A stretch of 64,000 bases of DNA from a virus: positions 1-64,000 of IMG/VR virus record IMGVR_UViG_3300022891_000002; one strand, 5' to 3'. Under the pieces are notes generated by a model. That model saw nothing but the letters and a program-made list of their open reading frames with translations. It searched no databases and had not been told where the DNA came from. A program made the translations under genes and the position numbers. Below, piece after piece: positions 57,137 to 64,000 of the stretch. Numbering within the stretch: the first letter of the stretch is position 1; the number at the start of each line of letters is the position of its first letter.

Positions 57137-60100
57137 ATGGATACTTCAAGCAATATTAAATTTAATGTTGAGGGAGATGATAAACTCTCTCAGTTCTTAG
57201 AAAAAACTCAAAAATCATTTAAAGAGCTTAACGAGAAATCTCTTAGGTTATTTAATACTGGCTTGGGAGAAGGTTCTAAAAATTTAAAAGATATTACTAA
57301 ACAGTTCCAAAACAAAAAGAGTATAGTAGATAGTTTAGTTAAAGATTACGGTAAAGCTACGGCTGCTACTAATGATTGGACTGCTTCTTTAGGTAAGTTA
57401 ACTAAAACCACTGCATTATTAGGAAGAGCTTTAAATGCACTAAATATTGCCTCTATTGGCTCTGGAGTAGTTAAAACGGTTAGTACCGGAGTAGCAGAAA
57501 TCTTAGAGGCAGTAACACTTACTCAGACTGGTTTGAATACCATGGCTGCTTCTGGTTTTGATGGTACACCTTTAATGAATTCTTTAGGGGAAATTACTGC
57601 TGTTTTAACGGGTAACAGTCAGGCAATAGAAAGCTTTTCAGCAAGGTCTTCTGCTGCTTTTAACGCATTTGAACAGAAACTAAATGAAGTTAACATTGTA
57701 TTTGGATTGTCTCAAGAAAGATTATCTGAATATGGGGACTCCCTACAAAACGGTTTAGAGAAGAATCTTAAAAATAGTGTAGGTTCTCTTACTGCTCTTA
57801 ATGCTGCCTATCAAGCTGCTAGTGCCGGATTTACTGAATTCCAACAAAACCAAGATGTTGTTAACCTAGCAATTAAAGCTAATAAAGCAGCCCCGGGAAG
57901 TGACCTATTCCAGATTGGTGGAGCTATTGGTAAAGGTGCAGGTATTCTTGAAACTAGAGATATTGCAGAATTAGAAGAAGTAACTGCTAAATGGCTGGCT
58001 ACTGAACAACTAGGTCTTACTACTGTAGGAGACATGACTGAGTATATTTCAGATATGTACAGCTCCCTTAAAAATGCAGGTATCGGTACCAATGACCTGG
58101 TTAATGAGACTCAAGGTTTGGTAGTAGCATTTACTAAGTTAGGTGGCAAAGTTACTGACATCTCAACAGAAATGCAAGCCTTCGCTCGTAACACTATTGG
58201 TAAAACTCCTGAAGCAATGAAAGCTTTAGAAGGATTGGTAGATGCACAGGGGAAAGCAATTACTCTCAACCAAGAATATTTTGGTAGAAAAGGAGTTGTT
58301 CAGGGTATAGTTGACTTTGCTGAAGCAGTTGGCTATAACACTGAGAAAATTAAGGAAGTTTATAACGAGACTAATGCTTTCAACTTTGCAATGAAGGTCT
58401 TAGCTCAAAACGGTAATCTTGCTAAGAAATCTATTGAGGATATTAGTCAAGTAACTTCTGAGAATTTAACTGAAGCTTTTGATTCTGCTACTTCTTCGTC
58501 TCAAGCAAAAATGGAACAAATCACAAATGCTTATGATGAGATAATGATTTCGTTTGGTAAAGCGTTCCAAAAGAGAACTGAGGAAGGTGTTAAATCTGTT
58601 GAGTGGTACAAAGAAGTTTTAGTTAAATTCAAAGAGCCATTAGTAGAAATAGCTGAACGCATGGTTAATTTCTATGATGGTTTAGGTAAGATAACTGGAA
58701 CTCTTGGCGCGTTAGCTAAGATGTTGTTTGGTATTGCCGGAACTATTATTTCTTTTAGAGCTTGGGGATTAGTTTTAGGAGGAATTACTAACGGCTTTAA
58801 AGATTTAAGAAAGGAAGGGTCAGTAATAAAAGAACTCTACCAATCAAATCAAGGTTTATTAGCTATCGGTAAACAAGTTCTTGGGTTAGACCAGCAAAAA
58901 CTTCTAAGTCAAAATAGAATTAATGAAGCAATTAAAAACTCTGCTACTTTAGAGAAAGAGCTTAGTAACTCTATTGGTAAGTCTAGTGCTGATAGATTAA
59001 ATAATATCGGAGTAATTAAAGAAGAGATAGACTCAATTGTTGCTCGTGACCAATCAATTATCAAAGGTCAACAGAACGTAACTAAAGTAGAAGAATCTCT
59101 TAAAAGTAAAACAGATAAACGAGATAGTCAACAGTCCGACGTTACAAATACTCAGAAAAGCTTAGCTAATCTTAAAGTTCTTAAACAAGATATAGATAAC
59201 ACATTTAAAGACAATGTAGAGAATACTAAAAGGTCGGTTCGATTACAAGAAATAGCTACTGAACAATCTGCAATTACACAGCGAAAAGCTAGTAAAGAAG
59301 ATTTAAAAAGATATGTGGAGCTTAATACTGAAAAGCTAAGACTTCAAGATACTTATAACAAAACTACTCTTGACCAATTATCTTCTCTAGAAAAACAGAA
59401 ATCTATTCTTAATAATAAATCTAGAAAGTCAGAAAGAGATTATGCAGCTTTAGATAAACTCAATACAAGAGAGACTCAATTACTTGATAGGGAAAGAACT
59501 AAAGATAGAACTCCTTTAACTCAAGATAAAAGAAACGAGCTAAATAATACTCGTAAAGATGTTGTTACTAAAATAGGTCAAGAAGAATTAGTTCTATTAA
59601 CTCAGAGACAAAAGTTACAAGAAGCTAACAACATAGTAGATAAAGAAACTGAAAAATTAAATAAAGCTAAAACCGACCAAGCTGAAAAACTTAATAGAGT
59701 TACTAAGACTACTACTGAATTAGCTGTTCTTCAACAAGACCTCAATACTAAGAAAAATACTTTAGATAGAGTTAATATTGCTTTTGAAGGTCAGCAACAG
59801 AAACTTTATACAATTCAAAATGCTTTAAGAAAAGAACAAACTACTTTAGATAAGATAAGAAATAAAGATAGTGTAGAATACTTACAACAACAGAAGAAGG
59901 TACTGACTCTACAAGTAGAAGAAGCTAAACAACTTTCTACTGTCCAAAGTGCTAGAACTACTCAACAAGCAGCACAACAAACTTATAACAAAGCAGAGTT
60001 TGAGAGTAAAAGAAAATCTATTCAGCTAACTAGAGAACAAGGACTAGCTGAAGGTACTCTTATTGAGATGAGAACTCGTTCAGGTTCAGTTGCCCTTAAA

Positions 60101-63100
60101 AATAATGCGTTTAATAGAGCTTTAATTGCTACTAATGAAGGTCTTACTAAATCTTTTAAAGCAATAGCTACTCCTGCTCAATCTTTTACCAGCATTCAAG
60201 ATACTCTTAGCAATAAGATGGCTGACTTGAGAAGTAATATTGGTCAAATAGGAACGGTAGCTAGTAGAAGTTTTACAGGAATGGCTGCTTCTGCTCAAAC
60301 TACTTTTGCTTCTATCGGAACCTCTGCTGCCTTAATGGGTGAAACTATCAAAGCTGCTTTTATTTCTACAGGTATAGGTCTATTAATTGGGGCCGTAATA
60401 GCATTAGGAGCTAAACTATTTCAAGTTGGTCAAGCTTCTGCAAAATTAGATAAAACTTATAAAGACTTTAATGTAACTCTTGAAGACTCTGCTACTAAAT
60501 TTGATAGAGCAAATATCTCTTTTGACAATAGCGTTCAAGGACTTAATAAGTTCAGTGACAGACTAGAAGCTTCTAAAAAGTTAATGGCAGATGTGGACAC
60601 TACTGTCTTTGATGACTTAGGTAATGGAATTAAAGGTGCTGTTGGAGGAATAGTAGATTTTGTAAAGACTGCTACTGGACTTAAACTGTTAGACCCTTTA
60701 TTTGCAAATATTGGTGAAAGAATCTCAGCCATTTGGACTAGCTTTTCAGACGCAGAATTCATTAAACGTTCTGCTAAAATGACTCAAATATCAGATTTTA
60801 TTCAAACTTATGAGTTAGCTCTTAGAGGACAAAATAAAGAATTAGCAAACGGAAACCTATTAACTGAAACTTCTAATCAAAAGATTAAAGCTCGGATGAT
60901 TTTGACTGGCGAGGATTTAGAGCGAGAAAAAGCTGCTAATACCGCTAGAATTGATTCGTTCCAGTCTATGACAGATATTCAAAAGAAAGAGTTAGAAGAG
61001 TTAAAAGGTAAAGGGGACAAGCTAAACGAAAGAGATAAACAACAAATTGCTTTATTAGAATCAGAAATTTCTAGACGTGAAAAAGTAATAGAAGTAAGTA
61101 AAAAACAATTTGAAGACCAACTCAAGTATTATGAAGCTCGTAACCTTTTATTAGATAGAGAGAACAAGTTTAGTAATACTCAAGTATCTTTAGAAGAAAT
61201 TAAGAGTTTACAAGGACAAGTTAATTCTTCTCAAACTGCTCTTAACACTAATATTTCAGAAGGTTTAGACATTTATTCTGCGTCTATTAAAGATTCTTCT
61301 GTTAAATCTAAGCAATTCTTATCTGACCTTAAAGATGGGAGTTTAAGCGTAAAAGCCACTCTTAAAGGTCTGGGTGGAGAAATCTATAAAGTTGGAGAAG
61401 ATGGTAAAGTTCTATCTAAATTGCCAGATACAGTTCTTAAATCTATTGAAACAGTTCTTAAAGGTAAAGAGATAGATGGTAAGAAATATACGTTAGAGCA
61501 AGTTCTAGGTCTTAAAGAAACTAGAGATGCGTTAACTGAGGCAGGAGTAGAAATACCTAAAGACCTTTCTGTTCTTGCTGATAAAATGCGTAAGAGCTAT
61601 GAAGAATCTGAAGGTCAAATCAAACTTATCAATCTCAAAGACCTTGAAAAAGATTTAGCTGATTTTAGTGTTTTATCAGATAAGTATCAAGAGAAGAAAA
61701 GACAGTTTCTATCCACAACTAAAGATGATGTTGGTGCTACTGCATTTTCTACTTCTCTTAAGAAATCTCTGAGGTTAGCAGAAACAGATTTACAGTCTTT
61801 CCTAAACGCTCTAGATTCGTCTTCTAAGGGCTTGAATAAGTATGTGACTGCTTCTACTAATAAATTCACTAAAGAAGCCTTAGATGGAACATTAGACCTT
61901 ACTGAAGGCTTAAAGGAGCTAGGTCAGGTAGAAAGTGAAATTAAAACTGAGCAGTTAGATAAACTTAAAGCTGCTATTACCGGAAAGAACAAAGATGAGA
62001 TTTTAGTAGCTCTTAAAGAGATTGGAGTAGAAACTGAAAAAGCTCTTACAGCAGATTCAATTGATTTCAATAAGTTTGAAGAGAACTTGGGAATGTATGT
62101 TGAATCTTTAAATGCAGTTGCAGAAAGTGGAGAAGCTACAAGTGAAGAAATAGCTAAGAAGTTTGAGAATGTCTACAACCAAATGAAAGGTAGAGTTACT
62201 CCGGCTGCCTACAAAGATTTAACTGAGACTCTAATTGGTTATGAAAAAGCGGCTTCGGAACAACGAATCAGCTATATTGGAATGGAAACTTCTGCTCTTG
62301 AACAACAGAAGAAATATGGATTCTTACTAGAAACAGATTATATAGAGCAAATTAATAAACTCAATATTCAAACTTCTGAAGAAAATATTAAGAATAAGAA
62401 AATAGAACTAGCTAGGTTACTTACTTTATACAAAGAATCAGCTCCTCAAGTAGTTAAAGCTAAAGCAGAATTAGAAGCTCTCGAACTGAATCTTTCAAGT
62501 CAAAAGTCCAATAATCCCGTAGAAATTGCTAAAGCTCAAAGCAAAGAAAGATTTGATACTTTAAAGAAAGAACTTGAACTAGGAACTATAACTAGGAGAC
62601 AGTTTATTGAAGAAGAACTCAAAGATTCTAGAACTCTTTATGAAACTCAGCTAGTAGAAAAACAAAAAACTCTTACGGAATTACTAAAAGATGAAGTTAA
62701 AAATGCTAAAGCTATCAAAGCTCTTCGTAAATCTATGGAGTCAGATGAGCAAGACTTTAACTTAAATCTATTAGAAATTAACAGAAGGAGAATAGAAGAA
62801 CAATTTAAGCTACAAACTAATGCTTTAGGTAAGAGAGAGCTTGAAGCTAGAAAAGACGCTCTTAACGGAAATACTAAAGAGGAACTTGAATCTGTCCGTA
62901 AATTAGAAACAGATAAGATTGCTCTAAACATTCAGACTTTAGAAGCTAGGTTAGCAGTAGAAAAACAAGGAAGTGAGAAGTTCTTAGAAATAGAGAAACA
63001 GTTATCAGAAGCTCGACTATCTTTACAAGAAACTCAAGTTAAACAATCTAAAGATAGAACTAATGAAGAGATTGAGAGAAAGAAAAGTGAGTTAAACACT

Positions 63101-64000
63101 ATAGCTGCTCTTGAAGAACGCAACAATATTCGTGGTACTAGCAATAAAAGTCTTGAGAATACTCGTCAACTAAGAGAGAAAGAAGTTCAGTTATCTATTG
63201 ATTCTATTAACTCCCAAATTGCTCTGACTGAAAAAGGAAGTAAGGAAAGGTTAGCTCTTGAACAACAGTTAGTTCTCGAAGTTAATAAGTTACAGAAGAC
63301 TCAATTTGATAACCAGAAAGAAAGACTAGAACAATCCTTAGAAGATAGACGTAAAAAGTTAGAAGCTAAACAAATGGATTTAGAGAAGAATTCTATTAAA
63401 GGTACTACTGATGAAGATATTGAAGCTAGCAGAAAGTTAAAAGAAGAGGAAATCAATTCTACTATTGAAACTCTTAAGCAAAGGTCAGCTCTGTATCGTG
63501 AAGGTAGCAAAGAGAGAGTTGCTCTTGAACAAGAAATAGCTAAAGAAACTCTTAGGTTAGATAAGCAAGTCTATGAAAATCAAAAGTCTAGATTACAGAC
63601 TCAAATAGATAACAAGAAGAAAGCTTTTAAGGATAGTCAACTAGCTCTAGAAAAACTTTTGGTACTTGGAACCTCTACTGAAGATTCTAAGAAAGTTCGT
63701 GCATCTAAAGAGCAAGAAATTCAACTGACTATTGAAGGTATTAAACAAGAAATTAACTTAACTAAAGCGGGTTCTACTCAAAGAAAAGACTTAGAACGTA
63801 GCTTAAGAGAAGAGTTACTTAAGTTAGATAAACAAAGAATAGCAAATAAGAGAGATTTAATCGATGAAGAGATATCTTTAGAAAAAACTAAGATTACTAA
63901 AATCCAGTCTCTACTTGAACGTTCTACTATTGGCGGAACTTTTGAGAAAGATTTAGAAAAGATAAGAGAACTTAAAGTCAAGGAAACTCAAATTGTAATT
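57137..64000 (+). CDS. tape measure protein, partial (>2280 aa, runs off window)
   Basis: ATG 57137 MDTSSNIKFNVEGDD; AAYQAASAGF core motif, hydrophobic central segments, long coiled coil; presumably absent from ORF track because it has no stop in the window. Confidence 0.85.
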   Translation, partial: MDTSSNIKFNVEGDDKLSQFLEKTQKSFKELNEKSLRLFNTGLGEGSKNLKDITKQFQNKKSIVDSLVKDYGKATAATNDWTASLGKLTKTTALLGRALNALNIASIGSGVVKTVSTGVAEILEAVTLTQTGLNTMAASGFDGTPLMNSLGEITAVLTGNSQAIESFSARSSAAFNAFEQKLNEVNIVFGLSQERLSEYGDSLQNGLEKNLKNSVGSLTALNAAYQAASAGFTEFQQNQDVVNLAIKANKAAPGSDLFQIGGAIGKGAGILETRDIAELEEVTAKWLATEQLGLTTVGDMTEYISDMYSSLKNAGIGTNDLVNETQGLVVAFTKLGGKVTDISTEMQAFARNTIGKTPEAMKALEGLVDAQGKAITLNQEYFGRKGVVQGIVDFAEAVGYNTEKIKEVYNETNAFNFAMKVLAQNGNLAKKSIEDISQVTSENLTEAFDSATSSSQAKMEQITNAYDEIMISFGKAFQKRTEEGVKSVEWYKEVLVKFKEPLVEIAERMVNFYDGLGKITGTLGALAKMLFGIAGTIISFRAWGLVLGGITNGFKDLRKEGSVIKELYQSNQGLLAIGKQVLGLDQQKLLSQNRINEAIKNSATLEKELSNSIGKSSADRLNNIGVIKEEIDSIVARDQSIIKGQQNVTKVEESLKSKTDKRDSQQSDVTNTQKSLANLKVLKQDIDNTFKDNVENTKRSVRLQEIATEQSAITQRKASKEDLKRYVELNTEKLRLQDTYNKTTLDQLSSLEKQKSILNNKSRKSERDYAALDKLNTRETQLLDRERTKDRTPLTQDKRNELNNTRKDVVTKIGQEELVLLTQRQKLQEANNIVDKETEKLNKAKTDQAEKLNRVTKTTTELAVLQQDLNTKKNTLDRVNIAFEGQQQKLYTIQNALRKEQTTLDKIRNKDSVEYLQQQKKVLTLQVEEAKQLSTVQSARTTQQAAQQTYNKAEFESKRKSIQLTREQGLAEGTLIEMRTRSGSVALKNNAFNRALIATNEGLTKSFKAIATPAQSFTSIQDTLSNKMADLRSNIGQIGTVASRSFTGMAASAQTTFASIGTSAALMGETIKAAFISTGIGLLIGAVIALGAKLFQVGQASAKLDKTYKDFNVTLEDSATKFDRANISFDNSVQGLNKFSDRLEASKKLMADVDTTVFDDLGNGIKGAVGGIVDFVKTATGLKLLDPLFANIGERISAIWTSFSDAEFIKRSAKMTQISDFIQTYELALRGQNKELANGNLLTETSNQKIKARMILTGEDLEREKAANTARIDSFQSMTDIQKKELEELKGKGDKLNERDKQQIALLESEISRREKVIEVSKKQFEDQLKYYEARNLLLDRENKFSNTQVSLEEIKSLQGQVNSSQTALNTNISEGLDIYSASIKDSSVKSKQFLSDLKDGSLSVKATLKGLGGEIYKVGEDGKVLSKLPDTVLKSIETVLKGKEIDGKKYTLEQVLGLKETRDALTEAGVEIPKDLSVLADKMRKSYEESEGQIKLINLKDLEKDLADFSVLSDKYQEKKRQFLSTTKDDVGATAFSTSLKKSLRLAETDLQSFLNALDSSSKGLNKYVTASTNKFTKEALDGTLDLTEGLKELGQVESEIKTEQLDKLKAAITGKNKDEILVALKEIGVETEKALTADSIDFNKFEENLGMYVESLNAVAESGEATSEEIAKKFENVYNQMKGRVTPAAYKDLTETLIGYEKAASEQRISYIGMETSALEQQKKYGFLLETDYIEQINKLNIQTSEENIKNKKIELARLLTLYKESAPQVVKAKAELEALELNLSSQKSNNPVEIAKAQSKERFDTLKKELELGTITRRQFIEEELKDSRTLYETQLVEKQKTLTELLKDEVKNAKAIKALRKSMESDEQDFNLNLLEINRRRIEEQFKLQTNALGKRELEARKDALNGNTKEELESVRKLETDKIALNIQTLEARLAVEKQGSEKFLEIEKQLSEARLSLQETQVKQSKDRTNEEIERKKSELNTIAALEERNNIRGTSNKSLENTRQLREKEVQLSIDSINSQIALTEKGSKERLALEQQLVLEVNKLQKTQFDNQKERLEQSLEDRRKKLEAKQMDLEKNSIKGTTDEDIEASRKLKEEEINSTIETLKQRSALYREGSKERVALEQEIAKETLRLDKQVYENQKSRLQTQIDNKKKAFKDSQLALEKLLVLGTSTEDSKKVRASKEQEIQLTIEGIKQEINLTKAGSTQRKDLERSLREELLKLDKQRIANKRDLIDEEISLEKTKITKIQSLLERSTIGGTFEKDLEKIRELKVKETQIVI

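Noticed and set aside
32636-63981. Short overlapping ORFs inside late genes (32636, 34463, 38306, 39613, 47287, 52029, 57811-63981)
   Set aside because: Shadows or alternate frames of MuF, head, cargo, tail and TMP genes
1-64000. CRISPR array, integrase, rRNA or IS element
   Set aside because: No regularly spaced identical repeats and no recombinase, transposase or rRNA signatures seen
1-64000. Stop-codon reassignment
   Set aside because: Standard code gives dense, full-length genes ending in TAA, TAG and TGA

Overview
AT-rich segment of a large tailed (siphovirus-like) phage genome. The host is probably a cyanobacterium, inferred from the cyanobacterial-type C39 endolysin, the PAS domains and apparent avoidance of GATC and GGWCC. 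1-12.9 kb is a leftward early operon of small, often acidic, unknown genes plus a 1117-aa unknown protein. 12.9-14.3 kb is non-coding and is followed by terS. 15-30 kb holds arrays of small paralogous genes, an SF2 helicase, a GIY-YIG nuclease, a MazG-like protein and a metallophosphoesterase. 30-64 kb is the virion module: terL, a long MuF/gp7 protein, prohead protease, scaffold, decoration, major capsid, lysis genes, neck and tail genes, chaperones and a very long tape measure protein that runs off the window. No portal gene is recognisable. The most unusual signals are: (1) a family of anticodon-less tRNA-like elements (acceptor-like stem plus T-arm, with covarying stems) between early genes, one apparently split by an endonuclease gene; (2) a family of Gly-zipper, Lys/Arg-rich proteins sharing a short leader and a putative prohead-protease site, suggesting capsid-targeted cargo; (3) a two-PAS/coiled-coil/TM protein in the lysis cassette; (4) an unannotated 57-aa ORF resembling a condensed TerL Walker-B region. 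All functional calls come from motif recognition by eye; no database searches were run.
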